Assembly (NCBI RefSeq): GCF_963921235.1
Contig: NC_086108.1
Location: 52,702,001 to 52,766,000 of the forward strand
Source of the DNA: Mobula hypostoma
Taxonomy: Eukaryota
DNA length: 64,000 nucleotides
Direction of reading: 5' to 3'
The notes below the pieces were generated by a model that did no database searches, was not told where the DNA came from, and was given only the letters and a program-made list of their open reading frames with translations. Of this stretch, positions 26,920-37,713 are shown piece by piece. The position numbers and the translations under genes were made by a program. Numbering within the stretch: the first letter of the stretch is position 1; each line of letters starts with the position of its first letter.

Positions 26920-27290
26920 AAATCATAGAAATCTACAGCACATTACAGGCCCTTCGACCCACAATGTTGTGCCGACCATGTAACCTACTCTAGAAACTGC
27001 CTAGAATTACCCTACTGCTTGATAGCCCTCTATTTTTCTAAGCTCCATGTATCTATCTAAGAGTCTCTTAAAAGACCCCATTGTATCCACCTCTACCACT
27101 GTCACCGGCAGTGCATTCCACGCACCCACCACTCTGTGTGAGAAACTTACCTTTGACATCTCCCTTGTACCCACTTCCAAGCACCTTAAAACTATGCCCC
27201 CTCATGTTAGCCATTTCAGCCCCGGGAAAAAGCCTCTGGTTATCCACACGATCAATGCCTCTCATCATCTTATACACTTAAATCAATCCT
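26920..27290 (-). mobile_element. CR1 3' end
   Basis: Reads YKMMRGIDRVDNQRLFP...RGHSFKV, followed by a CR1 tail. Confidence 0.8.
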
Positions 27291-27417
27291 ACTCTTGTAT
27301 GACCATTGGCTCATTACCAAGAAAGGTCAAATTTAATAAATAGCGTGTTCATCAAACAAAAGACCACCAATTCTGAGTGTTCCAGTACACTTTATCTTTT
27401 TTTAAAAATGAACTTAC

Positions 27418-27520
27418 TGAATGGTGAGAAATATTTGCCCCCAGGGTGAGGTTTTTGAGCAGCTGTGGAGAGCTGCCATACTGCCCAGAGATCTGTTTCC
27501 TTACTTCTGCTGCCACAGTT
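27418..27520 (-). CDS. DOCK7: DOCK7 coding exon 2 (103 nt)
   Basis: Encodes (R)[34 protein letters not shown], with a ctttctctag acceptor and a gtaagt donor. QISGQY and NISHH match DOCK7 rather than DOCK6. Confidence 0.96.
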
Positions 27521-27733
27521 CTAGAGAAAGAAAAAGGACTTCAGTTCAATTTAGTGTCAGGAATCCCACTGAACACCAGTTAATTAAAACACATCAACCA
27601 TCAGCACAGATGGTCTAGTAGAATGTAATGATGACAACAAAAGTCAATGTGAAATTTTAAGATTAAATATTGAAGATTAGTTTTATTTCTCACATGTACA
27701 TCAAGACATCAAAACATACATTGGAATATGTCA

Positions 27734-27959
27734 AGCAACACACATCAAAGTTGCTGGTGAACGCAGCAGGCCAGGCTGCATCTCTAGGAAGAGGTATAGT
27801 CGACGTTTCAGGCCGAGACCCTTCATTAGTCCTGACGAAGGGTCTCGGCCTGAAACGTCGACTGTACCTCTTCCTAGAGATGCCGCCTGGCCTGCTGCGT
27901 TCACCAGCAACTTTGACGTGCGTTGCTTAAATTTCCAGCATCTGCAGAATTCCTGTTGT
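27734..27959. mobile_element. Fold-back mini Penelope insertion
   Basis: 92-bp inverted arms (27733-27824 and 27837-27928, 4 mismatches). A 13-bp TSD ttggaatatgtca lies at 27721-27733 and 27960-27972. Confidence 0.9.
27827..27864 (+). ncRNA. Minimal type I hammerhead ribozyme motif (intact core)
   Basis: tAGTC-CTGACGA-AGG gtctcgg CCT-GAAA-C-GTC-GACTg, with a palindromic ACGT as helix III. Confidence 0.8.
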
Positions 27960-30653
27960 TTGGAATATGTCATTTCACTTAGTGACCAACATAGTACGAG
28001 GATACGCAGGGGGAAGTTCACAAGTGTCGCCATGTTTCTGGCACCAGCATAGAATGCCTACAACTTACTAACCTGCACATCTTTGGCATACAGGAGGAAA
28101 CCAGAGCATCCGGAGGAAACCCACGCCGTCGCAGGGAGAATGTACAAACTCCTTACGGACAGTGGCAGGAATTGAACCCCAATCACTGGCGCAGTACAGT
28201 GTTGGACTAACTACCACACAAATGTGCTGCCCTGTTTGACCTGTCTGAGTGCAAAACTGGAGTACTACACATCTTTGCTCAAAGTAATTATCCACTTCAT
28301 GACCAGAAATAAATTTGGAAAATTTGCAAATAACTCACAGAAAATCAGATCAACGTCTCATTATTCTGAGCAATTCTTTCAGTATCTGTGAGCTGATGTA
28401 AACAAAATCTTTACAAATAATTATATAACACTGATATTAATCAAAATGTACAGAAGATGATAATGATTCTCCTACCTTTCAGATTAAAAAGATAAACAGT
28501 ATTTATCAATAACACTGATTCCGCCAATGAATTTGAAGCAGGACAGAGCAAATCACTCATAGCAAAAGACTATTTTACAGCAGAAGCATCAATTTAGCAG
28601 AAAATAGGATATATTGAAAGATCCAAAAACCACAGCATCTTTTCCCAATAAAAGCCACATATTTTCTCCAAAGGGGAAAAAAAATCATGAATTGGAGATA
28701 ATTGCATAAATTCAATTTGTTCACCAAGCTTCAATGCAAAGGGAACTATCCAATCATAATAACTGCCTGACAATTGCAATGTCACTTTCAGACAAAATAA
28801 AACTGTTAAATCATTATGAAGTAACCACACTGCTCAAAATGCTGCTGAATTTTGCCGATCATCCAGAGGTCTGGGTGACAGAAAAAAGAGTGGGAGTTGC
28901 AAGAATTACATTCAGTGAGTGGAAAAGATGCAACAATGTGATTCTACAAATTTTAATTTAGCTAAAACTCTAGCTTGACTGAAATAATGATCAAAACTAA
29001 TGATGCTAAATTAAATAAAACTTGTAAAACAACTTTTGAACTTTGAACTTTAAAAGTTGGCACGGTATCGGTTACACTACAGCCCAATTATATCACATTT
29101 GCATCACAACAAAATTAGAAGGTTCCTTAAATCAGAGATACAGGCCCCAAGTAAAAATTGCATCACAACTGGACTATTCGGGTCTTCAGTAACATCCTTT
29201 TGAGCTCGGGAATATCTTTACATTTCCATAAATTAAATCCACCAGCCACAAAAGAGGTAATGACTGGTAGCAGACATAATTTAAATTGTGCTGAAACTCC
29301 CATCCTTCCTAATTTTCACTGCATGCAAAAAAATACTGTGTTTGTCCTTGATTATGTTTACATAACTTTTAAGAATTGTATTTGAAACAGATACGCAACT
29401 CAATTTGAAGTTTAATTTATTAGATTTTGAAAACTATTATAACTTCTGTTCCTTCTTTTATAAATTATAATATGTCTGGAAATTATCTTCTAAATATTAT
29501 AACCAAAATTCAAAGGATTGTTGCAACAAATTTCTTATGGAAATTAGATATTTTTGAAAATATGTAAATAAAAGTTTATATTCGTGTGTAACTATGACTG
29601 GAACACCACAGATTGTTCTGAGGCATTAATCTTTCAAACAATGTAAAATAAAATGGTTTGTATTTTAACGTAATCTTAATAAACTCCAAAACCTGGGTTT
29701 CACAGTGGATGTCTAGCCCAAAGTAAAGCTAGCAAATCCAACTGGTATTCCACTTTGCAAAAGAAACCTAATTACGAGATGTTATCTGTAAAACTGCATT
29801 CTGAACTCCAAACAGTAATATTGGCTCATAGTATCATGAAAAATGCGGCACAGGAATCCAAAGCTGAGCGCTCGAAATGACTGCGAATGTGTGAATGTCT
29901 CATTTCAACAAATTAATTATATTTTCACTTTAAAAAATTGTTGTCCCCAAATGCTGTACACCAGAACCAGAAGAGATTACAGAGTTTACACTGATTTAAT
30001 GTAATATATAAATTACATAAGGCGGTAGTTTATATTTAATATCTAGTATCTAAAGGATGTCACTGAGGCAACGCAAACATCATCCATAAGTTATGCACTT
30101 CCATAAGTCAGTATAAGACATTTGTTTCAGAATTACAATATTTATTTGTGGGTGTTATCATTTGCAATACCACATTCAGAAGCAGGGATTAAACTTTTAT
30201 TTGAATTAACATATTAGTGCCGCTTTAAATATGCAATCTGGAATTTCATCCGATGGGTCGCATCGGGTCCGGCGCTACGCTCTCTCCGGAGTATGCACTA
30301 TTCCACCCCAATATAACAGCAGCTGGCATTGTCGCGTTACATGCAGCAATGAATGCCATTGGAAACTCCCCATACTGATTTAACTGTAATCAATTTATCG
30401 TTCTGTGCAGCATCGCGCATTGTTTATTTTTCGAAATAATCTGTCCCCTTAATTTTGCTCTATTGATTGCAACACATTTGAGATTGCTGCTACGCTGTAT
30501 TAAAAGCTGCATTTGTGTTCGCTGCTGCGGGACCTACAAAGCGGGGCTAGGCCGGGCTGAGCGAAGCTGACGAGGCGGTCTAGCCTCTCCGGCCAACCAG
30601 CCCGTCGCTAACTGTTCACAGCAGAGCCAAGCAAACAGAAAGAAAAGCTTTAC

Positions 30654-30691
30654 CTGCTAATTTTCTGGGCGAAGGCGCGGCGCTCAGCCAT
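30654..30691 (-). CDS. DOCK7: DOCK7 coding exon 1 (38 nt coding)
   Basis: caaATGG start, encodes MAERRAFAQKIS(R), and ends at an AG|gtaaag donor. Matches the DOCK7 N-terminus. Confidence 0.97.
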
Positions 30692-30743
30692 TTGTACCAA
30701 GAGAAAAAAAGTGAGAGGGCGGTGGCGCAGAGCAGAGCCCCCA

Positions 30744-30848
30744 ACCGTAATACACCGGAGAGGGCGGCGGTACCGTAATACACCGGAGGGAGAGGGTCTG
30801 CCACCGTAATACATGGAGAGGGCGCCGGCTACTGTAATATATCAGAGG
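30744..30848. repeat. Tandem repeat, unit about 28-31 bp, about 3.6 copies
   Basis: Units start at 30744, 30772, 30803 and 30831, with consensus accgtaatacaccggagagggcggcggt. Confidence 0.85.
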
Positions 30849-32689
30849 AAAAGGAGATCCAGCATGTAACTACCCATTCCACGGCCTCACTTTAAAAAAT
30901 CAGAAGGCCTGATTTACTACAACACATCGGAAGTTCAGAGGCAGATGTGCTAGTATAGGAGGGTGGTGTTGATGGGATTTATTACCCGAGGCACCAGAAA
31001 GGAATGTAGATTATGTTGCTCCGGGGAAATACTTTCAAAGGGTAATGACTACTGAAATATGGGAGAAAGCAATACTTCTGCGCACAGTAATAATCGAGAT
31101 ATACTTTGCTTAAGTTATTAAAGAGGCCTTCTGGTTTTCTTCAAAAGGTGTTATAGAATATTTCCCTCTCCCTTTAGAACCAGATTTGTCTTCCCTCCCC
31201 CCCATCCTATACAAAAGGAAACTTTGCCAACAATGCAGCAATTCCTCGATGTTGTGCTCTGTCCTGTGGAAATTTGGAAAGCCAACTTGAATCTAAAAAT
31301 CACAAGTTCTAAAATTGAGAGCATAGAGCCAAACCATACCTGACAATCTGGTAACTATTGGGACATTCATTGATGATTGAACAATATTTCACATTCACAA
31401 CTATGCAGACAATGAAAATGTGCCCACATGTATTGTGTGTTGCAAGACTTTGACAATGTCTTGGTTTAGAGTGGTGAATGGAAATCAACAGTAATTCCAA
31501 ACTGTAGTATCCATGGTTGAAAAGCGAAAATTGCAGATGCTGAAATTTTGACATTTAAACAAACTGCTGGAGAAAGGCCGCAGATTAGACAGCATCTGTG
31601 GAGATACAGCTGATGTCTTTGGCTTCACTGCTTAACCATACTTCCCCCCCTTCACACAGAAAATTAGCAGGTAAATGTTTTCATTCCTGTTAAATGAGTG
31701 GTCATTAACTAGAGAGGCAGTAGTTTCTGAATTTATTGTACATTCTGTGGGTTTCTTTGGTGTTGTTGCAAGTACTGTCAGGTAAAGGCAGCACTGACAG
31801 CAGAATACTCTTAATTAGAACCATAGAACGTTACAGCACAGAAAACAGGCCATTTGGCCCTTCTAGTCTGTGCCAAAACTTTGAAAAGCATTGTTTTGAT
31901 TTGAACAGCGTCGTCCAGTACATTAAGGTATTGTCGTACCACATGGTATAAACTTATATTTATATTAAAATACACTGTTTGTCCTTTTTAAATAAAAATC
32001 TACAAGTCCATTCGGATCGTGAGTGTTATATACATGAGAGTTTACACAACTACAAATAAAAGTAAAATATTGCAAAGAGTCAGCAGATCAGGCAGCATCT
32101 GGAAAGAAAGAGTGTTAATGTTTCAGGTCAAAGACATTTCACTAAAACATACAATTAATTGATTATTTACAGAAATATGCAGTTATAAATCTACACAATG
32201 TCTTGCCATCTATAAAACTCTTCATTACAGTTTAACATTTCACTAACAGTCTTTGCAATGCCTACTTGTCTGTAACTTCGGTAAATCACCCTTTGTTTAG
32301 GTCTCATACTTATATTAACAGAACAATGGCAACATGAATATCAGTCTAACTTTCCAAGGGTTGTATTAATTGCAACATCATCTAAATGCCACCCTGATTC
32401 CGTACACAGCTTTCATAAAACTTAACAAAACTGTTTAATAGCTAATTAATACAAATATCTTTTTCTTATCCAATCCCTCTGGGTTTAAGATAACTTGCTT
32501 CAAACTAGTACTGATCCTCTTGTTAGAAAAGCTGGGAGTCTCTTCAGAGATGATGATCGCAGCTGAGCAGGGCAGCCAGAAGGCTCCACACAGTCCCTGT
32601 AGACTGGGAGTTAGCAGTTTATTTGTGCCATGCTGTCCAAGAAGCACCAATTTTGTGGGATCATTGAGCGCTTCAATATCAAGCTTTTA

Positions 32690-32850
32690 GTGTCTGGTTT
32701 CCTCCCACAATCCAAAGAGATTCTCGTTAGTAGGTTAATTGTTCATCGTAAATTGTCCTATGATTAAGCTAGTGTTCAATAAGTGGGTTGCTAAGCAGTG
32801 CAGCTTGTTAGGCTGGAAGAGCCCGACCTGCACTGTATCTCTGAATAAAT
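32690..32850 (+). mobile_element. V-SINE fragment
   Basis: ctggtttcctcccacaatccaaaga...gttagtaggttaattg. Confidence 0.55.
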
Positions 32851-33049
32851 AGGTAAATATTTAAGAGAATAGAGAAGGTTATGTGGTGCCCATTTCAACC
32901 ATCATCAGCACCTATCATGGCACAAGTGCTGCATACATCTTTGTGGTTTCTTAGTTATTTGACAATATAATCCTGCTGATGCCGGTCTTGGACAGGGGTT
33001 CTGGTCTTACAAAAAGTAGTATTTATAATGATGAAGCTGTGCTCTGAGA

Positions 33050-34150
33050 AAGCATTTGTTAATGTGGAAACAGAAGTATAGGAAGTAACAGTGGTATAGG
33101 TGAAAGTTGGGCTGACTAATGGGAGACAGAGTTGGTACAAAAGGGTCTTCTTCTGCTTGCCAGGATGTAATAAATGATGTACTAAAGAGTTGCAGCCAAA
33201 ACCTTTTGCTATTTATATAAATCATTTGGAAGAAAGCACTGAAGGTATAGTAGCTAAGTTTGCTGACGATACAATGACAGCTAATTTTTTCAATTGTGAA
33301 GACATCAGGAGTCTTTAAAAAAAAAGAGATTATAGATAGGATCTGGCAAATTGAGTACAACATGGAAAATGGGAAATAGTCCTTTTGGAAAGAACAATAA
33401 TAAAGAAGCAGATTACCTGAATGATGAGAGTGTATTAAGCTGTGAGACGCTATGGATCCTGGCTGTCCTGGCACAAGATATGCAGAAGTGCCAGTATTCA
33501 TGCACAGCAAGGGAAAGGAGGGCAACAGAATGTTAGTGTTTCTCTTCTAGATGAACTGAAAACAAAAGTAGGGAGGTTCTGCTTCAGCCATATAGGGCAT
33601 TGTTGAGACCACATCTGGAGTATTGTGTACAGTCTTGGTCTTCTAATACACACACTTCTCATAAAGCATGTAAATGCACTGCAAGCAATTAACTGAACAA
33701 ATACTAGACAGATACCTGGAACGGGCAGGTGGTTGTATAAGCAAACATTGGATGGATGAGGCTTGTATCCACTGTTTTAGAAGAGTGTATAAGGACTTGA
33801 TTGACATGTGTAAGACCCAGTAAATCTTAACAGGATGGATGTGGGGAGGATGTTTTCTCTTGTGGGAGAATCTAGATTAGGGGCCACTGTTTAAAAATGA
33901 GGGGTTGACTGAAAAGATGCTTTTCCTTTCCGAGGCTCATGAGTCTTTGAAACTCTTCCTCAAAGGATAATAGAAGCAGAGCCTTTGAGTGTTTTTAAAG
34001 GAGAGGCAAATACATACTTGTTGGGGGGGGGTGAAAGGTTAATGGTGATAGGTGGAAATGTGGACTAAGTTACAATCAGATCAAACATAATCTTATTATA
34101 TAGTGGAACAGACATGATGAACTAAATCATGTACCCCTGCCTCCAATGCA
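33050..34150 (+). mobile_element. Old degenerate CR1 LINE fragment
   Basis: Remnants such as aagtttgctgacgatac (KFADD) and agaccacatctggagtattgtgtacag (RPHLEYCVQ). Confidence 0.7.
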
Positions 34151-36422
34151 TACATTCATGTGCTCACCCTTGTAACATGTAGCCATTCAGTCTTTCCAGC
34201 ACTGTCAGGAAACGTAGAGGAGTCTTGATCCAAACACAGAGCAGCAGAGTCAATTTAGTAGTGAGTAATAACTTTAAAAATAAACTGCGAAACATGCCAC
34301 AAGAGAGAAAAAAATACTTACCAGTACAAGGCAACAAGGTAACTGAAGGCTAGGAGCAACTGGTTGAGGCTGGCTGGTTCAGATGAGTGAACAAGGAATG
34401 TGGATGAGAGCTGGGTTTAGATAGGCCGCAGGTGATGAGTTGGAAATGAGTGGCAGGTGATTCCTGATAGCTGGCTGGAGACTGGGTTAAGTCTGTATGT
34501 GCAGGCCTGACTCACTCATTTGAGTTGCAGGTTTCCTGCTGAATCTGTATACCATGTATGTGACAGCCTTGATGATACTGTGGATCTGATCTATGGGAAT
34601 GTACTGAATGCAGCTGCCTCCTGCATGGTTCCCTGATTCTTCAACCCATTGCATTAACTCATTATGATTCACTTCTCTCAATAGCTTGTGATGTCATTAG
34701 ATTGAACTATCTCTTCAAGGTCTGCATTATGTCCTCCTCTAATACCTTAGTGGTAGATCATGGTGTGAGTACACTAGAATGTTTCATGCTCCTTTGACCG
34801 TGTTGCCAATAGCATTATCACCTTCTTTCCCTCGACACCATCAAACTTCTCTGATCTGTGCTCTTCACAATTCCTCAGTAATGTTCACCTTCAGAACAAC
34901 TTCACATTGTGCATATAGAAGAGAAATAGTTGAGTCTGCAAATCTCCGAAGTAATATATACAGATAATGCTGAGAATATTCAGCAGCTTAGCATCTGCAG
35001 AGAGACAAATTGCACAGTATTTCAGATTGTATTGCTTAAAAGAGTACACTTAAACAACACGTGTAGATACTGCACAAATAAGTTCTAAGCCCTGGCCATT
35101 CCCAACAAGTGTCAGTTCAATGGTATTATCATTGTTGAATCCGACTGTCAACATCCTGCAGACGATCAGTTCCCAAATCAGAATCAGGTTTATTATCACC
35201 GGTACGTGTCATGCAATTCCAGAGCTGAGGGCTAATATACCAGTATAGAAATACCACCACCTCAATTTTCTTCCAAGTTCTTCGCGATCAATATTATTAT
35301 TATTTTATTACTAGGTCAAAATTCTAGAACTTCCTTGTTAAAAAGACAAAGCTGGTATTAAGAGCAACTTTTCCAGAGGCATTATAGATGGTCAATAAGT
35401 GCTGGCTTTTCCAATGACACATCATATGAGTGAAGAAAATGTTGCAATTACAATTGTTTCTGAAAAGATTAATAATATAGAATCCCACTGCATTTTATCT
35501 TTGAGTGTTTAACCTTCCAGTTAATTTAAAGAGTAGGAATGTCAGTTAGTATTTAAGCCATCTTAATTTTTATTGTGATAGCAAGACCCTGTTGGACCTT
35601 GGTAACACAGAATACTCTATGTGGTTCACAGGTTCGCTGACAAGACCAACACTAGAGAAGCTGCGAAGTATCATCTGTGGTGAAAACTAAGCCTAGGCTG
35701 TGGGCTCACCTGTTGCAGATGAGCAGGAGAGGTGGTGAGGGAGATCCTCAGTAGCGTGTGCTGTTATCCGTACTCGGTTGGGGTCTGATTCTTTCCGTCG
35801 ATGCTGCCCTCCAATGTTCGCTCGGTGGAGGAACAAGCTGGACCAGAGCAATTTACCATAATGCCACAGTCATGTCACTCAGGGACTTGACTACTGTATA
35901 TATTTGTTTTCCTTTGTGACTGTATGTTTTTTTGAAATCGTAGCTATATGCAATATTTGTGGTATACTGTATGCCATGTGCTGTGCTTTGTAGCTTGGAA
36001 CTGTTTTGTTTGGCTATGTTTATGTAAGATTGAATGATAATTGAACTTGAACTTGAACTTAATAGAAGGAGAAAAACGTTCAAACAGTTTTACAAGATTC
36101 TGATCTAACTATTTTGATTATCATGCTTTTCCAAGGTTTTGATCTCTTTAAGTAACTTATGTGAATCAAGTTTGTTAATCTTCTTGATGATCCACAAAAC
36201 AAAATATGTTAAAAGCGAACAAACCAAGTTTTCCCAATCTTTCCAAATATCTTAAAATTTCTGAGATTTTGGAAGCATCTGACTGATCTGTTTGCAACTG
36301 CACTTACTGCTTCTGGTATCTTCTTCATATCTTTACCATCAGTTTTTTCTACATCTTTCAGTCATCTACATTACCATTTGAAATTGTTACATTATTCAAA
36401 AAGACTTTGGCTCCTTTATCTC

Positions 36423-37000
36423 AAACAACAGGAATTCTGCAGATGCTGGAAATTCAAGCAACACACATAAAAGTTGCTGGTGAATGCAGCAGGGCAGGCA
36501 GCATCTGTAGGAAGAGGTGCAGTCGACGTTTCAGGCCGAGACCCTTCGTCAGGACTAACTGAAGGAAGAGTGAGTAAGGAATTTGAAAGTTGGAGGGGGA
36601 GGGGAAGATCCAAAATGATAGGAGAAGACAGGAGGGGGAGGGATGGAGCCAAGAGCTGGACAGGTGATAAGCAAAAGGGATACGAGAGGATCATGGGACA
36701 GGAGGCCCAGGAAGAAAGACAAGGAGGGGTGGGGAACCAAGAGGATGGGCAAGAGGTATATTCAGAGGGACAGAGGGAGAAAAAGGAGAGTGAGAGAAAG
36801 AATGTGTGCATAAAAATAAGTAACAGATGGGGTACGAGGGGGAGGTGGGGCAGCGGAAGTTAGAGAAGTCGATGTTCATGCCATCAGGTTGGAGGCTACC
36901 CAGACGGAATATAAGGTGTTGTTCCTCCAACCTGAGTGTGGCTTCATCTTTACAGTACAGGAGGCTGTGGATAGACATGTCAGAATGGGAATGGGATGTG
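36423..37000 (-). mobile_element. Penelope-like element (family A) 3' end/pLTR, young
   Basis: Reads LLYCKDEATLRLEEQHLIFRLGSLQPDGMNIDFSNFR. Highly similar to 51700-52227 in reverse orientation. Confidence 0.9.
36520..36557 (-). ncRNA. Minimal type I hammerhead ribozyme motif (intact core)
   Basis: The minus strand reads tagtc-ctgacga-agggtctcggcct-gaaa-cgtc-gactg. Confidence 0.8.
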
Positions 37001-37049
37001 GCTATCCACTCTATCTATTCCTCTTATTATCTTGTACACCCAGCACTGG

Positions 37050-37713
37050 TGAAAGCCCAGCACTGTCTCTACTTTCCACGAAGGCTGAGAAAAGTCCATC
37101 TCCCACCCCTCCATCCTCACCACATCCTACAGAAGTTGTATTGAGAGCATCCTGAGCAGCTGCATCACTGCCTAGCTCGGAAATTGCACCATCTCGGATC
37201 GCAAGACCCTGCAGCAGATAGTGAGGTCAGCTGAGATGATCATCGGGGTCTCTCTTCCCACCATTACAGACATTTACACCACATGCTGCATCCATAAAGC
37301 AAACAGCATTATGAAGGACCCCACGCACCCCTCATACAAACTCTTCTCCCTCCTGCCATCTGGTAAAAGGCACCGAAGTATTCAGGCTCTCACAACCAGA
37401 CTATGTAACAGTTTCTTCCCCCAAGTCATCAGACTCCTCAATACCCAGAGCCTGGACTGACACCAACCTACTGCCCTCTACTGTGCCTATTGTCTTGTTT
37501 ATTATTTTGTAATGCCAGCACTGTTTTGTGCACTTTATGCAGTCCTGGGCAGGTCTGTAGTCCAGAGTAGTTTTGTGTTGTTTTACATAGTTCAGTGTAG
37601 TTTTTGTATTGTTCATGTAGCACCATTGTCCTGAAAAACGTTGTTTTGTTTTTACTTTGTACTGTACCAGCAGTTATGGTCGAAATGACAATAAAAATTG
37701 ACGACTTGACTTG
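37050..37713 (+). mobile_element. Rex1/Babar family 1 3' end
   Basis: Near-identical to 8490-9147, including the UTR and (gactt)n tail. Confidence 0.9.

Larger units (their letters stand above)
27665..28232 (-). mobile_element. V-SINE/HE1-like SINE, interrupted by a fold-back PLE
   Basis: tRNA-like head (ggttcaattcc B-box) and V-domain gtgggtttcctccggatgctctggtttcctcc...aaagatgtgcaggttag. Confidence 0.75.
30240..30900 (-). promoter_or_regulatory. DOCK7: CpG-rich promoter/first-exon region of DOCK7
   Basis: Local CpG and GC enrichment around exon 1 in an otherwise AT-rich, CpG-depleted window. The TSS cannot be determined from sequence. Confidence 0.7.

Noticed and set aside
27430..27450. 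Apparent frameshift in DOCK7 exon 2
   Set aside because: Recounting the C run (five C) gives an open frame LGANISHHS and the correct phase.
1..30000. Nested ANGPTL3 gene expected inside DOCK7
   Set aside because: No coiled-coil or fibrinogen exons were seen. In other vertebrates it lies in a more 3' intron, beyond this window.
30744..30848. CRISPR-like repeat-spacer pattern
   Set aside because: Eukaryotic context, a short core, intervening sequences similar to each other, and no cas genes. It is a tandem repeat.
34203..34566. TGTCA...TGACA-bounded segment resembling a Gypsy solo LTR
   Set aside because: The flanks (gcac and gcct) do not form a convincing TSD, and there is no second copy or internal sequence.
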